From: Epiperipatus broadwayi
Taxonomy: Eukaryota; Animalia; Onychophora
NCBI GenBank assembly: GCA_028023455.1
Contig: JAQFVV010000001.1
Span: 3,968,001-4,032,000 of the forward strand
DNA length: 64,000 nucleotides
Direction: 5' to 3'
Shown here: positions 49,601 through 62,009 of the stretch, piece after piece
Layout of the letters: each line of letters begins with the position of its first letter
Numbering within the stretch: position 1 is the stretch's first letter
Made by a program: the position numbers and the translations under genes
The notes under the pieces: generated by a model
The model's database searches: none
The model's input: the letters and a program-made list of their open reading frames with translations, nothing else
What the model was told of the DNA's origin: nothing

Positions 49601-52600
49601 TTTTCTTTAGAGTATAGGAAATTTTGGTAATTTAATGAGATGGTTATTTCAACTTTAAATCAGGACAGCAATTAGATTGGTATGATCATAAGTCTGGATG
49701 GAATGGAAGTATTAATAAAGTAAAATACAGTATATTACCATTTGGGAATCTGTTGGCTTAAACCAATAAATTCCGTGAGCTGACAGATACTTCACCTGGA
49801 TAGATTTTATTTTTTAGTTGAAATTAGAATAGCAACCTAGCTGATATCATGTAATGATGATGGTAAGAGACATTATGAACATTACCATGGTAATAATCAA
49901 TAATTGTTTATTAGGTGGTAGTATTTGTTAAATTGTTCCATTCCATTCGACATTATGTACTGATCAATATAGAATAAATAGCAGTGCTCTGAGTGGCTAT
50001 TCATTATGTGGGAGTAAACACAATTGGGTTCTGCAGCTAAGTGTCAGGTGCATCTCTCACTTGAGTAAGAGATTTGTGATGATGTATAGTAGGATAGGTG
50101 GAATTTCTGTATTCACAAGCATGTTCATTAAGATATATATTGCAACAGAATCAAATGCTGCATGTATATTCAGGTGAATTTCAATTGGGGCAAACTTTTT
50201 ATCTTGTTGCACTGTTTTAAATACAAGTGCAACTTGTGTGGTGGAGGATCTCTTCTTTGTGTACTGCATGTTTGGTATCAGGTGCAGCATGTATGTTTCT
50301 ATTTTATCCTTGACTACCTTTTCCAATAATTTAATTCCCAGCGATCCATGGAGATGGGTCGAAGGTTGTTGAGATTTGAAATAACTGTTATTTTTTTGTT
50401 AAATGGCACTATTGCTATTAAATATAGTCCTCTTGTATTGTATATTTTTTGTACTAAGAAGTTAGTGAGGTTGCAAAGGTTCTCCATGATAAATTGATTC
50501 AAATGGAAAAGACAAATGCCTTTATGCTTTTAGTCCCAGAGTGGCAATTGTTGAAAATTCTTTGAGCATTTCAGCAAATTGTTGGATGTAAAAAAAATAT
50601 CTGTTTCAGGTGTTCCAAACTGATCAGTGGTTGGTATATATTGTTTATATGTTTGGAGCATTTGCTTAAAATGTTGGTATATGGGGTCTAGCATGTTATG
50701 TCCTGCATAGATGATGTCATTTATCTCAATTGCTATGGACACTTTTCTGTTTGGTGGATAGCTCAGTGCCCAATAGATATAACATTGTGTTCAAGTGTGT
50801 TGTTGGGTGAGGAATATTTTTTACTTTGTGGCAAGGTATGCTTTTAATTGTTTATATGTATTGTGATATAGCTGCTTTGTTAGTTTTTGTATGTATTGGT
50901 GGGTGTTGTGCATGGATCTGGCAATGGTGATTCACTTGTGGAAATCATGTGCTAGTGCTGTTAATTAGGAGGATGAGGATGAGTATCTTGTAATGTGATA
51001 TATAATGAGAGATAGTAATGTTGATGAATGACTGGTATTTTTGAATTGGATCTTGTGGCCTATTATTAATTTTATTTAACATGATGTAAATTCCAAGAAT
51101 GGGAATTTGATAGTGATTGTTGAGAGTAGGAGTCTGATTGTTTTTTCTAGGTGAATGAATATTATTCAAAGATCTGAAAAATTTATTAAAATGTTTTGTG
51201 CAACATGGTTTGAATATGGGCATGGATTGAATTGAAAGTTGATTAGGTGATGAAGCATTGGTGTGTAATAGCATAGATTAATGAGTGGTGTGCTGCCGAT
51301 TATAGAATGACAATGAATGTGGCAACAAAGCCCTGAGCACGGATGAGTGGCAGGTTTAATTGATGCAACCATTTTGTATGGAATTTTATGTAACTTAAGT
51401 TGAAATTTATCATTAATGTGCTGGAAGTATTGTGAGAATAATATGTGTAATTATGCTGGGGCCTGGAGGTACATACACAAATATAATGTTGAGTGTGGTA
51501 ATTTGATGATGAAATGTAGTGATTAGGAGATACAAGTCAATGTAAATAATTTTGAAGGTTGAAAAGTAACAGTTTGAGGCTATGAATATGCCAGTGCCTG
51601 CTGAAGGTTGTGATGTGGCACTGGAGTATGTGGAAAAACCTTAGTTGTATAGGAATGTGGCTGGATTAATTTGTGATTCATTATAGATTTTGTTTCTAGT
51701 AGTCCTAGTATTCATGGTTATATGATACTAATCCATTTGTTAAGCTGATATATTTTTGCTATTGAATTAATGCTTCTAACATTCACACCGCTATTTTAAT
51801 TTTCATTAACTGTGTAGCTGTGATTCATTTGTATTTTTTGTTGTGGTTGTTTTGGAGTTTTACATTGTATATTTTAACTGATTTGTTTTTTTTCCGTTTG
51901 TTTTTGGTCTGTTTTGTTGGCTTTTCTATTTTTCTTCTGATTGTTTTTTGTTTTGTTTGTGTGTTTGTGCTTCATTTTGTGATTCTGTGGTTATTAAATA
52001 GTTTTTGAATAAATATATGATTATTTTTATTGAACTTGAGTCCTCATTTATATTATCAATGATTGGTGAATTAAGGTTATCATCATCTGTCTTCATTTTC
52101 TTTTGCTAGCTTCTTTCTGGTAGGTCTCCCATGTTTTCTCTTGCTTTCTGGTTGTATTGGATTTGTTTGTTGCATTATTGTGCTAGGGTTGCTTGGGGTG
52201 AAGAGTATCTCTATACTTTCTATGGCTTTTTTATTGATAATAGTATACTGTGGAATTTTATCTATTGCACAGTTAAATTCTGGAATATATACATTTACTT
52301 TAGTTGTCATGTTATTTTTTGCTTGGCTTCCACTTTCTCTTTGATAATGTTCATTCATTTGTAGTTTTGCTGGTTTTTTCTCTGACCAAATCTATAAGTT
52401 CTAAGCTTGGTATCTCTGCTTTTTTGTTGCTATTGTTTCTTTCTGTAGTTTGCACAATATCCTTGGCAATGGCTATCTTCTCTTCTGTTCGTGTGTTAGT
52501 GCTGAAATTTAGTTGTTTTTGTATATGTGGGATTGTGATTTCTGGTTAAGTTCTGGTGGTTTGGACATTGTACAGTAACATGTCTCCTTTGTTTACATGA

Positions 52601-53616
52601 GTAACACTTTGGTTTCAGACCTCTGATATATAGAGTGAGCATTGCTTCCAGATTCAGGATTTGGATTGGTATATAATCTGGATCAGTAACTGGATGCAGT
52701 TTTACTCTGAACTTGTGTTACTCATGATTAGCATTGGTGTGTCTTTCTGGTATACTATTTTGAACATAATGACCTTTCCAAATGCTTCCATCATTCTTTG
52801 GAAGTCTTGTTTCATGTAGGTGTTCTTAATTATTCCCGAAATGGTATTGTGATAGTTCTGATCTATAGTGATCAGTGTGAAGTTACCAATGATTTGGCTT
52901 GTCTTTAAAATCTCTCCCTTTGTGTGATTTTGTAAAATTCCAGTTGTAGGTAATGGTCATTGGGATATTCTGAAATTTATTGTAATGATGTTCTAGAATC
53001 TATTTATTGTTATTGTCTCATACAGAAACTCTTTTGGAAATTTATATAATGAAATGTTACTGTTCATTGCTGATAATACCATGGACTTGGAGGGGGGATC
53101 TCTTGAATGTTGCAAAGAGATGCTTTAGTACGCATTTATTGAACAATTCAGTTGTAATCTTCAATTTTTCTTCAATCCAGACAATTACTCATGAATTTAG
53201 AGTCTTTTTTTTTTCAATTTCTAAATTATCTATGTCATTATCAGTTTGTTTTCTACATCTAGGGATGATCTTTTGAGAAGTGGTTGCATTGCTTTTTTTA
53301 AATCTCTTTGCTGATATCTGAATTAAATTGACATTCAGTTTTTTTGTTAGAATAAATGAATTCATTTTTTTTCTTTTCCCTTGACCATGTCTGCAAATTT
53401 TGGCTTATTTTGTTCTTTTTTATGGCTTTCATTGGTGTTTTTGCCACCCTTTAATTATGTCATGTAATCTGTGAGCCTCCATGCTTGCGTTTTTAATTTG
53501 TTAATGTTGGTTTTCAATTTAAAAATTATCAATTAAATTCTGCTTACTTTTGCTGTTAGTTGATATTGATTGAATTAATATTAGAATTTTTGATGTTATA
53601 TATATATATATATATA

Positions 53617-54333
53617 AATTGTAAATCAAAAGTACCAATGATGCATAAGATGGCAAGTTTTAAATCTTTTTTGTTTCGGAATGAAAAATTATGTCGTTAC
53701 CAAAGTGATAAACTAAAAAATATTGAGATATTTGCCAAGGAATTGATTGATGTCGGTTATAAAATGGAACAAATAAACAATGCTTTATGCCAATTTTAAA
53801 AAAATTATGATAATTTAAAAGAAATGAAGATTAATAATAAAAAATGGATATCTATTCCATTTATTTCAAATCCACAAGTAAAATTTTTTAAGGATTTATA
53901 TAAGAATGTGTTTAATGTTTCATTCTACGTTGCAAACAATATTAATAAATTAGTCAATAATTCTAAGGATGTCATACCTTTCAAGCAAAAAGGTAATGTC
54001 ATATATCAAATTTTTTGTGATTGTATGCTATCATATATAGGTGAATCTAGATGCAGTATTGAGAAAAGATTGAAGGAACATGAATTATTATATAAGCGTG
54101 TAAAAAATAAAAATAATGGTGATTTAATATCTTCTTCAGTTTTCTTTGATCACGAAAAATCATATAAATATAAATTTAAATTTAATTTTGAAAATGTGAA
54201 AATTCTTCATGAAGAGAGAAACCATAGTAAAAGAAAAATTAAAGAGGCAATTTTTATAAACAGGAATAAAACGCATTTAATAAATCGACAAGCTTCTAAC
54301 ATTAAAATACGAGATTCGTGGAATTTGAATTGA
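53617..54333 (+). pseudogene. PLE polyprotein C-terminus (RT thumb/linker + GIY-YIG), single in-frame stop
   Basis: ORFs 53560-53799 and 53824-54333 share one frame separated only by TAA at 53797; ISIPFI, GNVIYQIFCDCMLSYIGESRCSIEKRLKEH, FNFENVKILHEE..KRKIKEAIFI..INR. Confidence 0.92.
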
Positions 54334-54370
54334 TGACATTTGCTTCCGCTTTTGGTTTTTGAATTTAATG

Positions 54371-54411
54371 GCAGTTGAGGCAGGTTAGAAAGTAACCGAA
54401 AGTACTTCTGC
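54371..54411 (+). ncRNA. Putative minimal type I hammerhead fold with U3.G8 and C9
   Basis: GCAG-UUGAGGC-A-GGUUA(gaaag)UAACC-GAAA-GUAC-UU-CUGC: perfect stems I and II, palindrome AAGUACUU, 38 nt after the PLE stop. Confidence 0.55.
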
Positions 54412-54618
54412 GGATTTTAAGATTGTTTGTAATTGTTTATAAACCGTTAAAAATATTATTTCAATTATAATTACAATATTGTTTTTAATTAACGGATATT
54501 TTATTTATTTTATATATATATATCCTTGTTTCTGATGGTTTTTATTAGCTTTTTAATGGTTTAAATGTAGAGGGTTTTTACCTGATCGGTGCTGTCCAAG
54601 ATCTAAAGTGCCCTCTAG

Positions 54619-54703
54619 TAGTAGCAGCAGCAGCAGTATAATAGTACTACTAATACTACTAGTAGTAATATCATTATTGTTGTTATTGTTATTATTATTA
54701 TTA
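54619..54703 (+). repeat. Compound trinucleotide microsatellite (TAG/CAG/TAC/GTT/ATT)
   Basis: Direct reading; it links the 3' tail of LINE copy 3 to the 5' end of copy 2. Confidence 0.9.
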
Positions 54704-54799
54704 GGTTTCAAAGATAACTTTATTAACATTAATTGGTTACATTAGTTGGAGGTTATAAATAGTGTTACATTGCTATTTTATTACACAGTTTGTATGTTT

Positions 54800-57700
54800 T
54801 CAAAAGTCTCTTTATATTTTATTTCTCCTCGTTTGCCCTGTTTTTACTTCTGAATTTTAAAGTTCCACCTTGTTGCTTCTTACTTGTATTGTTTATTATG
54901 GTCTTTATTATAATCTGGTTTGTATTTTAAAAAGCAATCACACTGCTGCAAAGATGTTGGGTGGTGCAAGAAGGTTGTCACTTTTCTTTATTTTTTGTAA
55001 TTTGTTTTTATAGGTGTTAGGGTGTCTTATTGTACTAATTCTTAGGATAAAAGTGTATCTGGTGCACCAAAATGCTTATAAGTTGAATGTGGTTGCCCTT
55101 ATAATTGGTATTGCATTTCTTTTGAAAGGTTATAGTATCTCATCTATTGTGGTTCCATTTTTTCTGTATTCTCCAATCATCATTTGCCTTACTTTTCCAA
55201 GTCCTAAACAGTTATATATAAAATGGTCCTGTGTTTCCTCATCCCTATGACACAGCATACAGAGGATCTATATTTAGGTAGAATCTTCTTTATCTTATAA
55301 AGTGAATTGTTGGTAATACTTTTAAGCTGACTTTAATGATAAAATCACAAAATTTTGGCTCCAGGTACCATTTCTTCATAAAATTTTAGCTCCAGATACC
55401 ATTTCTTAAATAGAATAGATGTCTGGTTATTTTCAGGTTGTCTTTGGGCTATTAGATTGTGTATCTGCCAATATGTATATTTTATTGGACTTTTAAGCAT
55501 TATCTTGTTTTTAATGTTTTCAATGTTTTCAAGTATCATAAAAATATAATTATTTGTGGGTGGTGAGTGATCTGTGGGTGTGATTTCTATTATTGATTCA
55601 ATATTGGGAAACCTTTTAATTATGACAATTAGCAGATTTATTGTTTTTTGTATCTGCAACATGGTTATTGAGTGAAGTCCAAGACCATTCTATTTTGTTG
55701 GTTGGTTGGTTGTTTTATTGAGATGGTCACTACTTTTCTGTTCCATAGTAGTTTATTGCATAATGAGTTGATTGAGGCAATAAATGGTTTTGTGAAACTA
55801 ATTATTGGTAAGTAGTAGTTGATTTTTGATAGTTGATTGAATAATGATATTTTTGTGCATATTGATAGATAGGATCTGGATAATAAATCTGTGACTCTTT
55901 CTGCTTCCTCTTTGAGTTTATTCTGTATTTTTGTTCTCATCTGATTCATTTCAAGATAAAATGGAAAACCTAGAAAATTATTGGACTTTCCTTGATAAAT
56001 TTGTTTGTTTATTTTTTTTGTAAAAATTATCCAAGCAGCTGATTTATTAAGATTGATTTTTAGTTTGAATCTTTCTGTAAAATTTTCTATGATTTTTTGT
56101 AGTGCTTGCAGTTGCATTTTTGATTTTAGAAATATAATAATATCATCCATATAAGCTATGCAAGGAATGTATCTTTTGGTAATTGGTATTAGTAGTCCTT
56201 GTATTTTTTTAAATTTCTTCTAATAATGGGTTTATGAAGAATGTGAGGAGTTTATAAAGTACTCAGTGGTGAACTTTGTGGTATTGATTGAGTGGGATTG
56301 AAGGATGATGAGGATCTTCCATTAAGGTGATATGTATTTCTCTGTTTAAGAATAGGTTGGCTATTGTGTATAATATTGATCATGGTATTTCTGTTTGTTT
56401 TAGCTGGTTTAGTAATATTTTTATTGCTATTGAGGCAAATGCGCTCTCAAAATCTACTTGTACAGCAATTGGAGCATTTTTTTTCTTAATAACTGAGTTA
56501 ATTATAGTTTTAAAGATTAGTGCTGTCTGACCTGTGGATGAACCTTTTTTTTTGCATATTGATGTTGTGATATTTTTGGCAGTATGTATGGTTCAATCTT
56601 CACCTTTATTACTTTTTCTAGAATTTTAATTCCTAAAGACTCCATTGACATAGGTCTTAAGTTGGTGTCCATAGTAATAGGTTCATGTTTTTTCATTAAT
56701 GGTACCATTGATATGTTGTATAATCCCTGTATGTTACATATTTTTTGTAATATGTGATTTGCTAGTTGGCATAAGTATGTGTTCATAAATTGGCTAAGGT
56801 ATGAAAATATTATTGTGGAATGCCCGGAGATCCTGAATGACATGTAGCAGGAATTGGTGCTAAAATTACTTTAAAATCTTCAATTTTGAATGGTGTTTTG
56901 TCTTCAGTTTTTCCAAAAAAAATATTCTGAGGGTGTGAATTGTGGATGATTGGTTAGTTTTGCTTTGAAGTGGTTATATATAGGTACCATCATACTAAAT
57001 CCTGCTGTAGTTTTATTTTCTGATTGTAGTTCCATGGAAACGTTATTTGTGGATGGATATCCCAAAGCCCACCTAATGTATCTGCATGTCCAAATGTGTG
57101 GCTATGCTAGGCAACTTTTTTTCTTTTTTATGTTTAGATATTGTTTTAACTTATTGCAAATCTGTTTATAGAACTGAGTGAGTTTCATTATGGTTGTTTG
57201 GTTATTTTGAACTGTTTTAGACATACTGATTCTTTTATATATTTTATCTGCTAATGTGATTAGTCTTGAGGGGGTTGTTTCTTGTGTAATATGGTTTATG
57301 TTAAACAAGAGTGTCTTTGTGTAAGTATTTTGATATTGGGTCTAGTTCTAATTGATTTATTTTATTTATCATTATATAAATTTTGGAGAAGAGTGACTCC
57401 ATAGTGTTGTCTGGTAGCAGAATCCTGATTGTTTTTTGTATATTATTTATTGTGTTTATATTTAGTTTTATTATTTGTGCTGCATGGTTTGAAAAATGTG
57501 ATGGTGAGAGGCTTAATTTTATTGTGTGATATAGCATTGGAGAATAGAACATTAGATCTATTAGTGTTCCATGTCTATTGTTATAAAAAGGTATAGAGTT
57601 GGGTGGTAGAAAACCTTCTGGACTCATGAATGGGATTGTTAACTGGTGTATCCATTTTGTAATACATTTTTTATAATTCATTTTGAAGTCTCCCATAAGA

Positions 57701-58106
57701 ATAGTTGGGTAGAGATTGTTTGAGAATGTTGAATTAATTGTTGGTGGTATTGAATTAATTGTTGGTGGTATGTATACAAATATAATATTTATTGAGAAAT
57801 TTTTGTTGTTAAATGTAGTTATTAAGAGATTTGCATCTATATATACTATTTTAAACATTGTGAAGCGGCTTTGTTTGTTTATAAATATTCCTGTGCCACT
57901 TGAGGGCAATAGTGTATCTCTTGATCATGCACAGAATCCCATTTTACTCATTAGTTGTGCTAGATTGATTTTTGATCTGTTATAGATTTTTGTTTCTACT
58001 AGTCCTAATATTGTAGGTTGAAGTTCTTGTATCCAGTGGATTGATTTCTTGTATTTTTTTTTTAGTTTAATCCTTGAACATTTATTGCTCTTATTTTAAT
58101 TTTCAT
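54800..58106 (-). pseudogene. LINE ORF2: APE endonuclease + reverse transcriptase + C-terminal Cys/His motif
   Basis: MKIKIRAINVQGLN..ILGLVETK; GTGIFI, VYIPP, ILMGDF, IDLMF, SHFSNH; LRPMSMESL..KILEK; IPQSSPLS; YIPCIAYMDD (56130-56170); AFWCT. Confidence 0.9.
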
Positions 58107-58159
58107 ATATTATAATTTGTCTTGTGAATGGGATTTTTTCTGTATTATTGCTTCTTTAT

Positions 58160-59590
58160 GTGTTCATCCTTTTGCATTTGTATGTTTTTTTCTTGTGTTG
58201 ATTCTGTGTATTTTTGGTACATGTATTATAGCTTGTGATTTTTTTTTTATAGTTTTTGTTTCTGGGGTGGTTAGTTCTATTTCCATCTCTTCATCTGGGG
58301 CTTGTTCTACTAAATTTATCTGGTTAAATTCTTCCTCATTCATTTTAATTTTTTTGCTCTTATTTTTTTTTTCCTGTTTTCTAATGGTATGCTTTCCACC
58401 ATTAGATAACACCGAGTTATTTTATCCATAATTTCCATGGTCATTTTATTTATTACTGTGCTTTCTGATTGCTTGTCATTGTCATTTGTTTTTTCTTTAG
58501 GCTCTTTTGGCAGGCTCTCATTTTTTCCCCCTTCAATTTTATTTATATTTACTTTCATTGGGTGTTCATAGTTTTGATTATCCTTTATTGGCTTTGTTTT
58601 GATTTCTGTAATTGCTGTGTTGTTTGCTGGATTGTTAATTATATCATTTTCATTTGATATATAATTTTCTTGTGTTTTTTGTAGTACAGGGTAATTCAAA
58701 TTATCTAGCTGGTTATTTGTGTTTTCGATTTCTGTATTGTGTTCTAAATTTTTTGAGGAATTGGTTTTCTTTATTTTGTTGAATTTATTCATTGCATTGT
58801 GTTGCTATATGTCCTCTTCTTCCACATGCAAAATATCATGGCTTAAGTCCTCTAATGTAAAGTTATAATGTGGCTTCTTCATCGGTTATGTGTGTGGGGA
58901 TATTTTCCGGATCTATTTGTTTATGCAGTTTGATTTTATATTCAAAGCTGTTAGTTAGTACAGGAATTCTTTTATGTATCTTTGGTGAAAAAAGTAACCT
59001 TTTCACATGGGTTCATCATTTTTTGAAAATCTTCCCATTTGTAGTCAAAATAAGTGTTTTTTAAAATTCTGAAGATATTTTTATATTTATTTTCATCTAC
59101 TAGTATTAGTGCAAAGTTTTCTAACATCTTGATTCGATATTTGAATTATTCTTTTTGTGCATTTTCATAAAACTGAATTGCAACATACCTACTATTTGAA
59201 TGACACCTATGCATTGTATTGATCAAGCATATTATTTTCTTGCAGTGTTTCGATTAGAAGCAATTTGGGAAAACTATAAGGTGTGCAAAGACTATCTGTT
59301 ACATCTAGTACCATTGATTTGTCAGTGAAAAAATGTTTAAATGTTATAAATAGTAATTGAGGAATTGTGTTGTTAAATCACCCTCTAATTTGTTTCAGCA
59401 TTTTATCTGTCCATATAATTTGTGTGTGTGTGTGGGGGGGATCATTTTCATTTTGATCTATTAGATTCAAGTTTTTTAGATTATCTGATGTTTTCTTGAA
59501 TATTGGAATTTTTCCCGGGCTTACCTTATCTTGAGTTTTTTTTGCTATTGAAGCATATATATTTCTCATGCCCTGTGATGTACTATCCAC
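58160..59590 (-). pseudogene. LINE ORF1 (gag-like, CCHC zinc knuckle), frameshifted
   Basis: FYIRGLKP*YFACGRRGHIATQC at ~58795-58865, homologous to the copy-2 knuckle; Lys/Asn/Glu-rich C-terminus. Confidence 0.75.
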
Positions 59591-59975
59591 TACGTTAGGT
59601 GGCTAAGCCATCACCATTTTATAATTTTCAGGTGTTCTTATGAAGGTACATTAAAAAAAAAAAATAGTAAAAACAAGACAAATCAGTTATCTGCAATTTT
59701 ACCAAATTTTTTAGGTTTCAATTACTTTTCTCCTTTTTTAATTAATTTAATCTACTTGAGCTTTTAGGATTAAATATGTGATCCTTAAACTTTTCACTAT
59801 GTATTTGCCTAATAGCATTAGGTATCATATTAAAAAAAATTTTTTTTTCGTCTTTTTTTAACAAATAAAGTAATTTGTTTGATTTAATCTGTCTTATTGC
59901 ACATCTATTCCAATTTTTTTTTTTTTTTTTTTCTTTTTTCCTTTCCTGCTACTTGGTTTGTACCAAGGTAGCTGC

Positions 59976-60035
<60 letters not shown>

Positions 60036-60096
60036 CATCATCATCACCATCACCATCACCATCATCATTATCATTACTATCATCATCATCATCATC
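59976..60096 (+). repeat. (ATT)19 followed by an imperfect (ATC/ACC)n microsatellite
   Basis: Direct reading. Confidence 0.98.
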
Positions 60097-60114
60097 AAAT
60101 TCTTCTTCCTCTTT

Positions 60115-61090
60115 TTCTTCAAATAACTTTATTTATTATACAAAGGTTACATCAGCGTACTTATTTTTACAAAGAAAAAAAATGTCCAAAAACGTGTTGT
60201 AGCAACATTTACATGTAGAGATATTTCTTTTCTAATACACAGCATATGAAACTCAGAGTGAAATTACTCTGGCTACAAATATATAGTTTTAAGAATGGTG
60301 AATATAAGGAGTGATTTAACATTCTTTTGTTAAATTCTCTGTGGAGAATTGATGATTCATAGTTATATGCATTGGTTCAGTTTTTGAAAATTTTATTAAA
60401 TATTCTTCTGCTAAATAGGGATATTGATTGTTTGTGATTACAAGCAAAACTTCAGTTTTTGCAAAGGTTGATATTGTTCATAATATATAAAGTGGGGAAG
60501 TAATCCTTGATGTCTCAGTGAAAATTCAGGAAATGTTTGCTATATCTTGTGGGTAAGTAATTATAATTAGATTGTGTTACAATGTTGTATTTATCAGTAT
60601 TATGGCATATGATTAGAGACTTGATCGGTGTTTCAGGAATGATCATATAGAGGCAAAGATTTCTGGGTGTGCAAGTCTATTATCCCTGGCTCTCAGTTAT
60701 TCAAGCTCATTGGTAAAAATGGTTGGGTGAAAATGGATTTTGCTACCAAGACAAAAAGTGCATTGAGTGCACCAAAAAGCCCACAAACTGAATGTTACTG
60801 CATGAATAGCTGAGGAGGTGCTTTTTCTGTATATCTCAAAGATGCTGTTTATTGTGAGATAACTTGTTTAACATGACTTCCCAAGTGCATGATAGTTCTG
60901 GATAGATATGAAATAGACAATGTTGTGTTTTCTCTTCTCTATGACAAATCTGGCAGATAGGGTCAATTGTTGTGTATAGTCTGTGGGATGTGGTTTACTT
61001 TATAGCTTCCTCCTGAAACTTATTATTTTACATACTATAAGTTAACATCAGCAATTGGTAATAATATAATTAGCATTTCTCCAGAAAAAT
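60115..61090 (-). mobile_element. L1/Tx1-like LINE copy 4, 3' fragment
   Basis: caaataactttatt..ggttacatcag matches the copy-3 3' end caaagataactttatt..ggttacattag; AFWCTQC motif at ~60770. Confidence 0.7.
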
Positions 61091-62009
61091 CTTAAAATTG
61101 ATTAATATTTCACACTACCCAATGACTTATTTATTATTATAATGATAATAGATGGACAATTGAAATCTTAAATGGGATTCCAAGATATTGTAAAAGCCCT
61201 AGAAAGAGAGCACATTTGAGATAGATGAAATAAAAAGAATTGATAATAATGACGATATACATTTTTAATTGGGTGAAATTAAGACAGTTTTACTTTGTAC
61301 TTCATATTAAAAATCGAATACAATCCTACATTCTATCCATGGTATTGTTAAAAATATTTATTAGTAACTACAGTTCAAAAGCATCACTATTTTAAATTAT
61401 TCTCTTTCCTTGAGCAATTTTTACATTCATATAGAGTTCCTATACTAAAGATCTTCCCAAGTTTTTCATTGTAATTTTATCCAGCATGGATTTCTAATTT
61501 TTTTTTCTGAATCATTGTTGAACCAAGAAGACAAGTAAGGCAATCAATTTCTGGATGCTATATGTATTTAGTGTTTCAAAAGTTCACATTACTTAAAAAT
61601 ATAGTTATTATTAAATATTAATTTGAAATTTTAAATATAAAGTGTTTAATTATAGAATGTAGAGAAGAAATACCAATAGTATGCAGTAAACCAAGTTATT
61701 ATTTGGTATAGTATCCATTTCCTTGATTCCCAGATATGTTTTCAGGTATAAAATTCACAACATAGGTAACTATAACACTTTAACTTTGAAACAATGAAGT
61801 AGAATTGAATAGTTTTATTGCTCAAGAATTGATGGAAAGTTCATCACCAGAAGTGGCAGAAAGAATCAATCCAAGGAGATTATGATCCAGAATCTGACAC
61901 TCTATCTATCACTGCAATAAACCATGCATGCATTTGGAATATTTAATAGTTAATAATTCCAGTACTTAATACTAAACTGAAATAAATATCCAAATATTAA
62001 ATCATTCCA

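Larger units (their letters stand above)
53617..54510 (+). mobile_element. Young 5'-truncated Penelope-like element inserted in a (TA)n tract
   Basis: (TA)10 at 53597-53616 and (TA)6 at 54511-54522 flank an RT C-terminal + GIY-YIG frame and an HHR-bearing 3' repeat; CpGs retained. Confidence 0.85.
49154..54617 (-). mobile_element. L1/Tx1-like LINE copy 2, near full-length and decayed, with a PLE in its 5' UTR
   Basis: ORF1 from ~53480 with CCHC knuckle CYSCKQRRHVTVQC (52563-52607); ORF2 MKIKI..NV..IN..ILGLLETK at ~51770; RT segment EKVVKDKIE..QY.KKRSST..AFDSV (50057-50326); (TAA)n-like tail 49129-49153; probable 5' end gagggcactttag at 54616. Confidence 0.8.
54704..59975 (-). mobile_element. 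L1/Tx1-like LINE copy 3, full-length and decayed (5' boundary between 59640 and 59975)
   Basis: ORF1 59590 to ~58160; ORF2 58106 to ~54800; AATAAA followed by a (TAA)n tail at 54704-54725. Confidence 0.9.

Noticed and set aside
54560-54617. agaggg..ccctct hairpin with ctgatcg as a second hammerhead
   Set aside because: No GAAA or stem II in register; better explained as the 5' end of LINE copy 2 on the minus strand.
51820-58657. Many hydrophobic plus-strand ORFs (e.g. 51820, 52131, 52304, 57716, 58117, 58469)
   Set aside because: Antisense shadows of A-rich LINE ORF1/ORF2 on the minus strand.
59875-60218. ORFs with poly-Ile, poly-Tyr and poly-His tracts
   Set aside because: They are translations of the (ATT)n/(ATC)n microsatellite.
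61790-61945. Short protein-like frames (AQELMESSSPEVAERINPRRL; QGDYDPESDTLSIT)
   Set aside because: Both are bounded by stops with no consistent splice sites or known motif.
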